From Candidatus Coprenecus sp. (lineage in GTDB: Bacteria > Bacteroidota > Bacteroidia > Bacteroidales > UBA932), in the NCBI GenBank assembly GCA_045603545.1, contig JAZUMG010000030.1:866-64865 (forward strand): 64,000 nucleotides of DNA, given 5' to 3'. The translations under genes and the position numbers were made by a program. Below the pieces are notes generated by a model. It had not been told where the DNA came from, did not search any database, and saw only the letters and a list, made by a program, of their open reading frames with translations. Shown here in pieces: positions 29,047 through 38,560 of the stretch (position 1 is its first letter; each line of letters begins with the position of its first letter).

Positions 29047-30129
29047 ATGGAACCACAGGCTGTTAAAAATTTGGAAGGGATGAGTGGTTTTTTCCCACTC
29101 TTCCCTTTCTTTGTGATTGTAGCGGGGAGTGTGTACTTCCTGCTGAAATGGAGAAAAGAGGACAGGGATGACACCAGGAAAATGTCGGGATATCTTCTGA
29201 GGCTTGATTTTCTTCTATTCTCATATATTGCACTATTGTACCTCAACTATTTCCTGTTGAGGCTTTCCCCATCCAGGTCAGATCTCCAGCATCTGGCAGA
29301 TTTGCAGCTGCTGTACATAATTCCGCTATTTTATCCCGTGTTCCATATGCAGGTAAAGGGTTTCTGGCATCTCTCATTTGGGGCTATTGCCATATCTGTT
29401 GCCATCTGTGCCCTTTTCTGGGTAGGGGTGGGGGTCGGAGTCCTGAAGCCACTGCTGTTTATGCTGGCCCTCTTTTCCCTGTTTTGGATATATACCGATA
29501 AAGTGAGAGGGGACTCCTCCCATCTGTATGTCCTGCTGTTGTTTTTGATATTGCTGCTGGCAGATGCTACAATACTGATGTGTGTCGGTGTTCTTCTCAA
29601 GTTGATCTTGGCCATTCTTCTCCTTGTTGTCATATTCGCACTCTCTATGTTGTGGCTAATCAAGAGTGATTGTATAATCTCATCACTCAAGGTGTATGGT
29701 ACAGTGTCGTCATACAGACAGGATGTGAGGGTGCTTGCTGAAGACAATATGGAGTATGGGAATTATGAGATTAAGTCCAGGATTTTTGCCCTTTTCGAAA
29801 AGGAGAAACCATACCTTTCTCCGGATCTTACCATTGCCGATCTGGCCAAAATGCTCTATACGAACCAGTCATATCTCTCCAAGTTTCTCAACAACGGTAT
29901 AAAGATGAACTTCAATGAGTTTGTCAACAACTACCGGGTCAATGAGGCGATATCCCTGTTTGAGGAGAACAATAATCTGACATTGACCGATTTGTGCAGG
30001 ATGAGCGGTTTCAGGAACATAACGTCATTCAATAATGCATTCCGACTCTGTACGGGGTGTACACCTGGGGAGTGGTGCAGACGTAAAAAGAGGGGGGAGG
30101 GGTATGAGAAGGTTAAGGCTGACCTGTAG
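29047..30129 (+). CDS. Polytopic membrane protein with a C-terminal AraC-type HTH DNA-binding domain
   Basis: Start set at ATG 29047. About 6-7 hydrophobic helices are followed by KPYLSPDLTIADLAKMLYTNQSYLSKFLN...LCRMSGFRNITSFNNAFRLCTGCTPGEW (two AraC HTH units). Confidence 0.78.
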   Translation: MEPQAVKNLEGMSGFFPLFPFFVIVAGSVYFLLKWRKEDRDDTRKMSGYLLRLDFLLFSYIALLYLNYFLLRLSPSRSDLQHLADLQLLYIIPLFYPVFHMQVKGFWHLSFGAIAISVAICALFWVGVGVGVLKPLLFMLALFSLFWIYTDKVRGDSSHLYVLLLFLILLLADATILMCVGVLLKLILAILLLVVIFALSMLWLIKSDCIISSLKVYGTVSSYRQDVRVLAEDNMEYGNYEIKSRIFALFEKEKPYLSPDLTIADLAKMLYTNQSYLSKFLNNGIKMNFNEFVNNYRVNEAISLFEENNNLTLTDLCRMSGFRNITSFNNAFRLCTGCTPGEWCRRKKRGEGYEKVKADL

Positions 30130-30514
30130 ATTTCCTTTTATAAGGAGGTGCGTGAGGAGGCGTCCGGCCCGCACATATTCCGATACTGTCTTTTCCAGGA
30201 TAGAGCGGGTGATGGATGAGCAGAAGCCCTATCTCAGACCAGACTTTTCTCTGAAGGAGTTGTGTGATCTTGTAGGGGCAAACCGCACATATGTCTCAGC
30301 TGCATTCAGGTGTAATAAAACCAGTTTTCCTGTTTTTGTCGGGGAGCGCAGATGCAGGTATCTTGCATCCATTCCGGAGTCGGAGATGGAGCAGTATGAT
30401 ACGGAGGAGCTCTCTATATTGTCGGGATTTCCCACCAAAAGGACAATGTTTGTCTACTTGAGGAGGTTTGCCCCTGATGTTTACCTGAGAGTTAGGTCAA
30501 GAGTTAAAAAATAA
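30104..30514 (+). CDS. Stand-alone AraC-type HTH domain protein or gene remnant (Arg-rich N-terminus, no sensor domain)
   Basis: FSRIERVMDEQKPYLRPDFSLKELCDLVGANRTYVSAAFR...LSILSGFPTKRTMFVYLRRF parallels the C-terminus of the upstream gene. The start is uncertain: ATG 30104 overlaps the upstream gene by 26 nt, and ATG 30212 is the alternative. Confidence 0.5.
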   Translation: MRRLRLTCRFPFIRRCVRRRPARTYSDTVFSRIERVMDEQKPYLRPDFSLKELCDLVGANRTYVSAAFRCNKTSFPVFVGERRCRYLASIPESEMEQYDTEELSILSGFPTKRTMFVYLRRFAPDVYLRVRSRVKK

Positions 30515-30518
30515 TTCC

Positions 30519-30526
30519 TAAATTTG
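30519..30526 (+). promoter_or_regulatory. -7 promoter box TAAATTTG for ettA
   Basis: Exact TAnnTTTG 21 nt upstream of ATG 30547. Confidence 0.5.
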
Positions 30527-30546
30527 TAGGATAAATCAAATATAGC

Positions 30547-32220
30547 ATGGCTGACGAAAAAATAATATTCTCGATGAATGGTGTGGGTAAGATTCTTCCA
30601 CACAACAATAAAGTAATCCTTAAGGATATATATCTCTCATTTTTTTATGGTGCCAAGATCGGTATTATAGGTCTCAACGGCTCCGGTAAGTCTACTTTGA
30701 TGAAGATTATTGCCGGTATTGAAAAGTCGTATCAGGGTGAAGTGGTTTGGGCTCCCGGTTATAGTGTAGGTTATCTGGAGCAGGAACCGGAACTTGATGA
30801 CACCAAGACTGTGAAAGAGGTGGTAAGCGAAGGTGTTCAGGAGGTTATGGATGTCCTGAGGGAGTATGAAGAGGTGAATATGAAGTTCTGTGAGCCGATG
30901 AGTGATGCTGAAATGAACAAGCTCATTGAGAGACAAGGTGTCCTCACAGAGAAGATAGAACAGCTCGGTGGCTGGGACATTGATGCAAAACTCGAGAGGG
31001 CAATGGACGCACTTATGTGCCCGGAACCGGATGCCCTTGTGAAGAATCTGAGTGGTGGTGAGAGACGTCGTGTGGCCTTGTGCCGTCTACTGCTCAAGGA
31101 GCCGGATGTGCTTCTGCTTGACGAGCCTACCAACCACCTCGATACAGAGAGTATCCAGTGGCTTGAGGAGCACCTCAGACAATATAAGGGTACAGTTATC
31201 GCTGTGACCCACGACCGTTACTTCCTCGACAATGTGGCAGGATGGATTCTGGAACTTGACCGTGGAGAGGGTATTCCTTGGAAAGGAAATTACTCATCAT
31301 GGCTTGACCAGAAGAGTGCCCGCCTGGCTATGGAGGAGAAACAGGAGAGCAAGCGTCGCAAGACCCTGGAGAGGGAGCTTGAGTGGGTTCGCATGGCCCC
31401 TAAGGCACGTCATGCCAAATCAAAAGCGAGATTGGGCGCATATGAGAAGATGCTCAACGAAGACCGCAAACAGAAAGAGGAGAAACTTGAGATCTTTATC
31501 CCTAACGGACCACGTCTTGGTACCAGAGTCATTGAGGCCAATGGCGTATCAAAAGGGTATGGGGACAAACTTCTTTATGAGAATCTTACTTTCAAACTTC
31601 CACCTGCAGGTATTGTGGGTGTAATCGGCCCCAACGGTGCAGGTAAGACCACATTGTTCCGCCTTATTATGGGACTTGAGACCCCTGACAGTGGAGACTT
31701 TACAGTAGGTGAAACTGTGAAAATAGCTTATGTTGACCAGCAACACCGCCAGATTGACCCTGACAAGACTGTGTATGAGACCATTGCAGACAATTCAGAG
31801 TTTGTCAAACTCGGCAATAAGGAGGTCAATGCCCGTGCATATGTGTCCCGTTTCAATTTTGCGGGAGCAGATCAGGAGAAGCTTTGCGGTATCCTCAGTG
31901 GTGGTGAGAGAAACAGGCTCCACCTGGCCCTTACACTGAAACAGGAGGCCAACGTGCTTCTTCTCGACGAGCCTACCAATGATGTGGATGTGAACACTAT
32001 CCGTGCTTTGGAGGAGGGTCTGGAGAACTTCGCAGGATGTGCCGTGGTGATATCCCACGACAGATGGTTCCTCGACAGAATCGCCACCCATATCCTGGCA
32101 TTTGAAGGAGATTCGAAAGTATATTTCTTTGAGGGAACATACTCAGAATACGAGGAGAACAAGAAGCAGAGACTTGGCAATGTAGAACCAAAACGATTCA
32201 AATACAAAAAACTAAAATAG
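30547..32220 (+). CDS. ettA: Energy-dependent translational throttle protein EttA (ABC-F ATPase)
   Basis: Two ABC cassettes (GLNGSGKST / LSGGERRRV; GPNGAGKTT / LSGGERNRL). The N-terminus IIFSMNGVGKILPHNNKVILKDIYLSFFYGAKIG is typical of EttA. Confidence 0.93.
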   Translation: MADEKIIFSMNGVGKILPHNNKVILKDIYLSFFYGAKIGIIGLNGSGKSTLMKIIAGIEKSYQGEVVWAPGYSVGYLEQEPELDDTKTVKEVVSEGVQEVMDVLREYEEVNMKFCEPMSDAEMNKLIERQGVLTEKIEQLGGWDIDAKLERAMDALMCPEPDALVKNLSGGERRRVALCRLLLKEPDVLLLDEPTNHLDTESIQWLEEHLRQYKGTVIAVTHDRYFLDNVAGWILELDRGEGIPWKGNYSSWLDQKSARLAMEEKQESKRRKTLERELEWVRMAPKARHAKSKARLGAYEKMLNEDRKQKEEKLEIFIPNGPRLGTRVIEANGVSKGYGDKLLYENLTFKLPPAGIVGVIGPNGAGKTTLFRLIMGLETPDSGDFTVGETVKIAYVDQQHRQIDPDKTVYETIADNSEFVKLGNKEVNARAYVSRFNFAGADQEKLCGILSGGERNRLHLALTLKQEANVLLLDEPTNDVDVNTIRALEEGLENFAGCAVVISHDRWFLDRIATHILAFEGDSKVYFFEGTYSEYEENKKQRLGNVEPKRFKYKKLK

Positions 32221-32222
32221 AT

Positions 32223-33338
32223 ATGGTACCACACGCACAGCTTGAGATTCATATCCCAAACGTATTACACAACTACCGTTATTTCAGGTCAAAACTTAAA
32301 CCTGAGACTAAACTTCTAATTCTTATCAAGGCCAATGCATATGGTCACGGTGCAGTTCCATTTGCCAAAGCGATGGAAGATGCCGGTGCAGATTATATTG
32401 CAGTGGCTACTGTTAAAGAGGGTATAGAGCTTCGCCAAGGTGGAATAAAACTCCCTATCCTTATCCTTACTGCCGGCACAGAGATGTATCCTGAGGTTAT
32501 CGAGTACAATCTTGAGCCTGGTATGCCTAATGTCTCTTCACTACAGAAGTTCTCTGAAGTGTTGAAGAGCCAGGGTGTAAGCAAATATCCTGTACACATC
32601 AAGTTTGATACAGGTATGCACCGTCTCGGTTTTATGGAGCCTGAACTTCCTGCCTTGAAGGAGTTCTTGCTTGCCCACCCTGAAGTGGAGGCCAAATCAC
32701 TTTATACTCACCTTGCAGGTGCAGACAGCTCTGAGCACGATGAGTTTACACTTGGACAGCTTTCTCTTTTTGAGAGACTTACAAGTGATGTTCTGGCTGC
32801 ACTCCCATATAAGCCTATGAGACACGCATTCAACTCGGCCGGTATCGAGAGATTTGCAGAGAAATATCCACAATACCAATATGATATGGCCCGTCTGGGT
32901 ATCGGTATCTATGGTATCAGCTATGTGGATGACAAGAATATGAAACCATCTGCCTACTACAGATGCCCTATCGTCCAGATCAAGACCCTCGGTCCAAATG
33001 ACGGTACAGTTGGCTACGGCCGTCACGGCAAACTGGGTCCTGACGGCAAGACCATTGCCACTATCCCTGTAGGATATGCTGATGGTATCAACAGACATTT
33101 GAGCCGCGGTGCAGCCTCTTTCGAGGTGAACGGTCATCTGTGTCCTACCATCGGCAATGTATGTATGGATATGTGTATGATAGACATCACAGGGGTGGAT
33201 GCTAAAGTAGGCGATACCGTTACCATATTCGGTGACAACCCTACAGCCAACGATCTTGCAGCGATCCTTGATACCATTCCATACGAAATCTACACTTCAG
33301 TTCCAGCGAGGGTGAAGAGGGTAGTGACCGGAATCTAA
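32223..33338 (+). CDS. alr: Alanine racemase
   Basis: IKANAYGHGAV (PLP-lysine motif), VGYGR, IPVGYADG, VCMDMCMID. Confidence 0.93.
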   Translation: MVPHAQLEIHIPNVLHNYRYFRSKLKPETKLLILIKANAYGHGAVPFAKAMEDAGADYIAVATVKEGIELRQGGIKLPILILTAGTEMYPEVIEYNLEPGMPNVSSLQKFSEVLKSQGVSKYPVHIKFDTGMHRLGFMEPELPALKEFLLAHPEVEAKSLYTHLAGADSSEHDEFTLGQLSLFERLTSDVLAALPYKPMRHAFNSAGIERFAEKYPQYQYDMARLGIGIYGISYVDDKNMKPSAYYRCPIVQIKTLGPNDGTVGYGRHGKLGPDGKTIATIPVGYADGINRHLSRGAASFEVNGHLCPTIGNVCMDMCMIDITGVDAKVGDTVTIFGDNPTANDLAAILDTIPYEIYTSVPARVKRVVTGI

Positions 33339-33346
33339 AAGGGAAA

Positions 33347-34387
33347 TCAGAAAATTTTGCCAAGCAACTCCACGAGCAGTTCACCTTCGGTAGCTGAGCC
33401 TCTGGAGTTGCTTTTGCTTTTGTAATCGCACTCCTTGAGCTGGGAGATTATCCTCATTGTCTTTTTTAGAGGGTATCTCTGAGCAGCCGCAATGTATGAA
33501 GCGGCTGTCCTGTAATATAGTCCGGCACGTGTGGCAGCATCCTGCAGTGATGGGCGTGATGATTCGAGGCAGTAGGCGTGTATCTGCTCTATCTTGGAGA
33601 AAAAGAAGAAGAGAAATCCAAGCGTTTTGGGGAGCGGGTATTGCTTGGGGGATTCCCCGAAGAAATATGCAATCTTGAACGCCTTGGCAGCATTGCCGTA
33701 GGCTATGGCGTTGGTTAGTTCGGTGATGTTGAATTCGCGGCTGATCCCTATGATTTTCTCCACATCTGCTGCTGTAATGGTAACAGTCCCTTCCGGCACG
33801 GATTTGAGCAGTTTGTCCACTTCAAGGACTATTTTTCGCAGGTCATTGCCAGCGCACTCTGCAATAAGCATAGCGGCATCACCGTCGATGCTTCTCCCTT
33901 GGGATTTGAGGTATTGCTCTACCCATTTGGGGATACCCTCCTCTGCTACTTTTGCCGATTCGAACACAAAGCCATATTTGGTGGCACTTTTGTAGAAAGA
34001 GGTCCTTTTGTCTGCATTCTTGCCGTTGAAGCACAAGACCAGTACGGTGGTGGCGACAGGATTTTCAAGGTATGGGATAAGCTCCTCTGTCTTCTTGAGG
34101 GACTGCGCCTCTTTGACTATTACAAGCTGCCTTTGGGCCATCATGGGGAAGCGGCTGCAAACATCTATAATCTCTCTGCAGGAGGTCTCAGATGCATAGA
34201 GGGTGTACTGGTTGAAATCTCTCTCGTGCTCTTCAAGGGCGTTTTCTGTGATGAGGGCCAGAGCTTTGTCCACATAGAAGGGCTCCTCCCCCATAAGGAT
34301 GTAGAAAGGGAAGAATGTGCCCTGGAGAACTTTCTCTTTCAGCTGTGCAAACTGGGCAAGTGTATCGGGTCCTTTTTGTTTAGCCAT
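33347..34387 (-). CDS. holA: DNA polymerase III subunit delta
   Basis: 346 aa; N-terminus FYILMGEEPFYVDK and QLVIVKEAQ, plus a C-terminal helical domain, fit the delta subunit. Confidence 0.85.
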   Translation of the reverse strand: MAKQKGPDTLAQFAQLKEKVLQGTFFPFYILMGEEPFYVDKALALITENALEEHERDFNQYTLYASETSCREIIDVCSRFPMMAQRQLVIVKEAQSLKKTEELIPYLENPVATTVLVLCFNGKNADKRTSFYKSATKYGFVFESAKVAEEGIPKWVEQYLKSQGRSIDGDAAMLIAECAGNDLRKIVLEVDKLLKSVPEGTVTITAADVEKIIGISREFNITELTNAIAYGNAAKAFKIAYFFGESPKQYPLPKTLGFLFFFFSKIEQIHAYCLESSRPSLQDAATRAGLYYRTAASYIAAAQRYPLKKTMRIISQLKECDYKSKSNSRGSATEGELLVELLGKIF

Positions 34388-34410
34388 AGGACAAATTTAA
34401 GAATTATATT

Positions 34411-34432
34411 TATATTTGTTGAGATAAATTTG
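34411..34432 (+). promoter_or_regulatory. Two tandem -7 promoter boxes (TATATTTG 34411-34418; TAAATTTG 34425-34432)
   Basis: Both are exact TAnnTTTG matches upstream of ATG 34443. Confidence 0.45.
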
Positions 34433-34442
34433 AGTTCAGCAG

Positions 34443-34835
34443 ATGAGGGAAACCATATACGATCCGTTAAGGAAGAGGGAGGTGGCACTGACTCCGGAAG
34501 AGGTGGTGCGCCAGAAGATGATTCTGTGGCTCAATGGTACCCTGGGCTTCTCCTTGAATATGATGATGTCGGAGTATCCTTTCAAATACAATGGTCTTCA
34601 GTACAGGGCAGATATTGTGGTGTTTGACAAGGATAGGAACATCAAGGTACTTGTAGAGTGCAAGGCCCCCAGTGTGGAGATAGACAGGAATGTAATAGAG
34701 CAGGGGATAAGGTATAACAGGACCCTCAATGTGAAGTATATCTTTTTTACAAACGGTACTACCCTTTGCGGCTACAAGAGGGTGGGTGATGCCGGAGATT
34801 ATGAGGCAATATCAGATTTAGGAGAGATAAATTAG
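34443..34835 (+). CDS. HsdR N-terminal-like PD-(D/E)xK nuclease-fold protein (stand-alone)
   Basis: 130 aa; YRADIVVFD...IKVLVECKAP supplies a D...E-x-K nuclease-fold signature. Confidence 0.75.
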   Translation: MRETIYDPLRKREVALTPEEVVRQKMILWLNGTLGFSLNMMMSEYPFKYNGLQYRADIVVFDKDRNIKVLVECKAPSVEIDRNVIEQGIRYNRTLNVKYIFFTNGTTLCGYKRVGDAGDYEAISDLGEIN

Positions 34836-34839
34836 AGTT

Positions 34840-36333
34840 ATGAGCAGCGTGGAGAATTATAGCAGATTTCTGAAACACAGGATATTTGACACCATTTCGC
34901 AGGAGGCGGAAGGGCTTGGCGTGAGGGCTTTTGTCATAGGTGGATATGTGAGGGACTGCATATTGGGCAGACCCTGTAATGATATAGATGTGGTAGTAGA
35001 GGGGAGCGGTATTGCCCTGGCAGAGGCAGTGGGCAAAAGGCTCAGGTCCAGGGTCAGTGTCTTCAAGCGGTTTGGAACTGCGATGATCAAAACCAAGGGG
35101 CTGGAGGTGGAGTTTGTGGGGGCCAGAAAGGAGTCCTATAGGGCAGATTCACGCAAACCCATAGTGGAGGACGGAACACTCCGCGAGGATCAACAGAGGA
35201 GGGATTTTACAATAAATGCCATGTCTTTCTCCCTACAGAGGGAAAATTTTGGTGAGCTGGTGGACCCTTTTGACGGGCTTGGAGACATATCACGCAAACT
35301 CATAAGGACACCTTTGGATCCCGATACCACATACAGTGATGACCCTTTGAGGATGATAAGGGCAATAAGATTTGCTTCGCAACTCTCATTCGAGATTCTC
35401 CCCGAGTCGTTCGAGTCAATAAAAAGGAACAGGGCCCGCCTTGCAATACTCTCGATAGAGAGGATCAATGAGGAGCTCAATAAAATACTCCTCTCCCCAA
35501 AGCCGTCAGTGGGGCTCAAACTCCTTGATGACGCCACCCTGCTGGAACTTATCCTCCCTCAGGTGACCAATCTGAAAGGGGTGGAGACAGTGGATGGCAG
35601 AGGGCATAAGGACAACTTCTACCATTCGCTTCAGGTGGTGGACAATGTGGCGGAGATGCTTCGCTCCAGACCGGCAGAGGAGCGTGAAAATAGGGAGGTG
35701 GAGGAGTTATGGCTATTGTGGGCGGCTCTTCTTCACGACATAGGCAAGCCATCCACAAAGCGTTTTGAGGAGGGGATAGGATGGACATTCCACAGTCACG
35801 ATTTTATAGGTGGAAAGATGATCCCCGGTGTTTTCAAGCATTTGAAGATGCCCCTCAACGAGAAGATGAAATATGTCCAGAAGATGGTACAGCTCCATCT
35901 TCGTCCCATCTCACTTGTGGATGACCAGGTGACAGATTCGGCTGTCAGGAGACTCCTTTTTGATGCGGGTAACGATATTGATGACCTTATGCTCCTGTGT
36001 AGTGCAGACATCACGTCAAAGAACGACAAGACTGTAGCCCGTCACAAGAGGAATTTTGAGCTGGTGAAAGAGAAGATGAAAGAGGTGGAGGAGAAGGACG
36101 AATACCGCAATTTCAAGAACCCTGTCACCGGAGATATGGTGATGGAGATATACAATATACCGCCATGCAGTCTTATCGGCGAGATAAAGGAGTATGTGAA
36201 AAACGCCATCCTGGATGGCGTTATAGAGAACTCTTACGAAGCTGCGTATGCCCTTATGGAGCACAAAGCTGCAGAGATGGGTCTTGTAAAAGGTGGTGTC
36301 CCTGCTGCTACAGATGTGCAGAGTGAAGATTGA
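34840..36333 (+). CDS. cca: CCA tRNA nucleotidyltransferase / poly(A) polymerase family protein with an HD domain
   Basis: [19 protein letters not shown] nucleotidyltransferase motif, RRDFTINAM, and an HD domain (LLHDIGKP). Confidence 0.88.
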   Translation: MSSVENYSRFLKHRIFDTISQEAEGLGVRAFVIGGYVRDCILGRPCNDIDVVVEGSGIALAEAVGKRLRSRVSVFKRFGTAMIKTKGLEVEFVGARKESYRADSRKPIVEDGTLREDQQRRDFTINAMSFSLQRENFGELVDPFDGLGDISRKLIRTPLDPDTTYSDDPLRMIRAIRFASQLSFEILPESFESIKRNRARLAILSIERINEELNKILLSPKPSVGLKLLDDATLLELILPQVTNLKGVETVDGRGHKDNFYHSLQVVDNVAEMLRSRPAEERENREVEELWLLWAALLHDIGKPSTKRFEEGIGWTFHSHDFIGGKMIPGVFKHLKMPLNEKMKYVQKMVQLHLRPISLVDDQVTDSAVRRLLFDAGNDIDDLMLLCSADITSKNDKTVARHKRNFELVKEKMKEVEEKDEYRNFKNPVTGDMVMEIYNIPPCSLIGEIKEYVKNAILDGVIENSYEAAYALMEHKAAEMGLVKGGVPAATDVQSED

Positions 36334-36919
36334 CACCGATAAGGTTCATAAACTCACTTCTGGTACGTACATCTTTCAGAAATGCCCCTGTAAAGGCAGA
36401 TGTGGTAGTTACTGAGTTCTGTTTCTGGACTCCCCTTATCTGCATACACATATGTGAAGCCTCAATGACTACAGCTACGCCGAGTGGGTTGAGGGTCTCC
36501 TGGATGCAGTCACGGATCTGCACTGTGAGTCTCTCCTGAACCTGAAGCCTTCTGGCAAAACACTCCACTACCCTGGCGATTTTGCTCAGACCGGTGATGT
36601 ATCCGTTGGGGATATATGCTACGTGAGCCTTTCCATAGAATGGTAGAAGATGGTGCTCGCAAAGAGAGTAGAGTTCAATATCCTTAACTATAACCATCTG
36701 CTGGTACTCCTCTTTGAACATTGCTGAGCGGAGAATTTCACTTCCATCCTGAGAATATCCTTGTGTCAGGAATTGCATCGATTTGGCCACCCTTTCAGGG
36801 GTTTTGAGGAGACCTTCACGGGTAGGATCCTCTCCAAGCAGTTCCAATGACTTTTTGTATATCTGTGCCAACTCTTCTGTGGTCTCCAGATCGTAATTGT
36901 CTATCTTTTTGTATGCCAT
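36308..36919 (-). CDS. folE: GTP cyclohydrolase I
   Basis: [36 protein letters not shown]. Confidence 0.96.
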   Translation of the reverse strand: MAYKKIDNYDLETTEELAQIYKKSLELLGEDPTREGLLKTPERVAKSMQFLTQGYSQDGSEILRSAMFKEEYQQMVIVKDIELYSLCEHHLLPFYGKAHVAYIPNGYITGLSKIARVVECFARRLQVQERLTVQIRDCIQETLNPLGVAVVIEASHMCMQIRGVQKQNSVTTTSAFTGAFLKDVRTRSEFMNLIGVNLHSAHL

Positions 36920-36936
36920 ATCTCTCTCTTTGGTGA

Positions 36937-36944
36937 CAAATGTA
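36937..36944 (-). promoter_or_regulatory. -7 promoter box (TACATTTG on the minus strand) for folE
   Basis: Plus-strand CAAATGTA 18 nt upstream of ATG 36919. Confidence 0.45.
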
Positions 36945-37000
36945 GGGAAAAGTGTTGATAACTGCCAACTATTTCTTAATTTAGGGGTTCAAATGATTAT

Positions 37001-37693
37001 GTGATGATGGAAAAGGAGATTATCAGGGTAGAGGGGCTGGAAAAAATCTACCAGGTGGGTGAACAGGAGGTCAGAGCCCTTGACGGACTGGACCTTACTA
37101 TAGAAAAAGGTGAGTATGTGGCGATAATGGGCCCATCGGGTTCAGGGAAATCGACATTGATGAATATTCTGGGGTGCCTGGATACCCCATCTGCGGGTGA
37201 GTATATCCTCAACGGAAAGGATGTCAGTCTGCTTGATGAGGAGTTGGCGCAGGTGAGAAACAGGGAGATCGGTTTTGTTTTCCAATCCTTTAATCTCCTC
37301 CCCAGATACACCGCACTTGAGAATGTGGAACTGCCTATGATGTATGCAGGTCTCCCTAAAGGTGAGAGGAGAAGGAGGGGGATGGAGGCGCTGCGTGAGG
37401 TGGGATTGCAGGACAGGATGGATCACCTTCCCAACCAGCTTTCGGGTGGTCAAAGGCAGAGGGTCGCACTTGCAAGGGCAATGGTCAATAAACCATCGAT
37501 AATTCTGGCAGACGAGCCTACCGGCAATCTCGATTCCAGAACGTCATATGAGATTATGGAGCTTTTTGGTAGGGTGCATCGTAGTGGGAATACAGTTATA
37601 GTTGTGACGCACGAGGATGATATTGCGGCGTATGCACAGAGGGTGATTACCCTGAAGGATGGAAAAATTTATTCGGATACAGGAAAAATATAA
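37001..37693 (+). CDS. MacB/LolD-type ABC transporter ATP-binding protein (no adjacent permease gene)
   Basis: [47 protein letters not shown]. Confidence 0.9.
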   Translation: MMMEKEIIRVEGLEKIYQVGEQEVRALDGLDLTIEKGEYVAIMGPSGSGKSTLMNILGCLDTPSAGEYILNGKDVSLLDEELAQVRNREIGFVFQSFNLLPRYTALENVELPMMYAGLPKGERRRRGMEALREVGLQDRMDHLPNQLSGGQRQRVALARAMVNKPSIILADEPTGNLDSRTSYEIMELFGRVHRSGNTVIVVTHEDDIAAYAQRVITLKDGKIYSDTGKI

Positions 37694-37703
37694 GGAGTGT
37701 AAT

Positions 37704-38231
37704 ATGAAAATTTATACAAAAACAGGAGATGCCGGGAGCACCTCCCTTTGCGGAGGGACCAGGGTTCCCAAAAACCACCCAAGGGTGCAGGCATATGGAG
37801 ATGTGGATGAACTTATCTCTTATCTCGGTTTGCTCAGATGTGACATGCCGGAGGATGATGCTGTCCTCAGGAGAATCCAGGAGTGTCTGATGCTGGGATC
37901 TGCTCACCTTTCATCTGATGGAAGGAGGCAACTTAAAAATTTCGATCCGTCAGAGATAGAATTTCTCGAGGGTGAGATAGACAGGATGACAGCACAGATG
38001 CCGCCACAAACAGCATTTGTATTGCCCGCAGGGCCACGTACAGCATCGCTTTGCCACGTTGCCAGGACTGTCTGCAGAAGGTCTGAGAGGGCGTCCATTG
38101 CCATAGAGGATAAAGGGGAGGAGATACTGCTGACCATTAGGTACTTGAACAGATTGTCCGATTATCTTTTCACCCTTGCAAGATATCAGTGTCATAAAAT
38201 GAATATTTCTGAAGATTTTTGGTTGCCATAA
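37704..38231 (+). CDS. Cob(I)yrinic acid a,c-diamide adenosyltransferase, PduO type
   Basis: Start set at ATG 37704: MKIYTKTGDAGSTSL..., with RTVCRRSER and LNRLSDYLF motifs. Confidence 0.9.
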   Translation: MKIYTKTGDAGSTSLCGGTRVPKNHPRVQAYGDVDELISYLGLLRCDMPEDDAVLRRIQECLMLGSAHLSSDGRRQLKNFDPSEIEFLEGEIDRMTAQMPPQTAFVLPAGPRTASLCHVARTVCRRSERASIAIEDKGEEILLTIRYLNRLSDYLFTLARYQCHKMNISEDFWLP

Positions 38232-38243
38232 GGAATAAGTTAT

Positions 38244-38251
38244 TATATTTG
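38244..38251 (+). promoter_or_regulatory. -7 promoter box TATATTTG, followed by a CCCCC/GGGGG 5'-leader hairpin (38254-38271)
   Basis: Exact TAnnTTTG 52 nt upstream of ATG 38303. Confidence 0.45.
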
Positions 38252-38302
38252 CGCCCCCGATAGAAAGGGGGTATATACTAACTTTTTAATAATAAAGATA
38301 TT

Positions 38303-38524
38303 ATGTATTGGACACTCGAATTGGCATCCAAACTTGAGGATGCACCATGGCCAGCAACCAAAGATGAACTTATCGACTATGCTACCCGTTCAGGAGCTCC
38401 GCTTGAGGTGATTGAGAATCTTGAGGACCTTGAAGACGATGGCGAGACTTACGACAGCATCGAGGACATTTGGCCAGACTACCCAAGCAAGGAGGATTTC
38501 TTCTTCAACGAGGATGAATACTAA
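38303..38524 (+). CDS. DUF2795 family small acidic protein
   Basis: 73 aa; WPATKDELIDYA...GAPLEVIENLEDL fits DUF2795. Confidence 0.75.
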   Translation: MYWTLELASKLEDAPWPATKDELIDYATRSGAPLEVIENLEDLEDDGETYDSIEDIWPDYPSKEDFFFNEDEY

Positions 38525-38530
38525 AAATAT

Positions 38531-38559
38531 AAGAGGCTGCTTTACGGCAGCCTCTTTTT
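38531..38559. terminator. Bidirectional rho-independent terminator
   Basis: AAGAGGCTGC (38531-38540) pairs with GCAGCCTCTT (38547-38556), followed by TTT, with an A-tract upstream. Confidence 0.75.
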
Positions 38560-38560
38560 A

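Noticed and set aside
28953-29246. 97-aa minus-strand ORF in the yitT/AraC gap
   Set aside because: It mostly overlaps the membrane-AraC N-terminus on the opposite strand, and has no promoter box or recognisable motif.
33899-34627. Long antisense ORFs (33899-34627, 44225-44923, 46200-46826, 54899-55591, 60335-61300; 208-321 aa)
   Set aside because: Each lies entirely opposite a well-supported gene (holA, trkA, AGCS, HAD, FtsX permease). Their composition is low-complexity and Ser/Pro/Leu/Arg-rich with no recognisable motifs. These are typical shadow ORFs.
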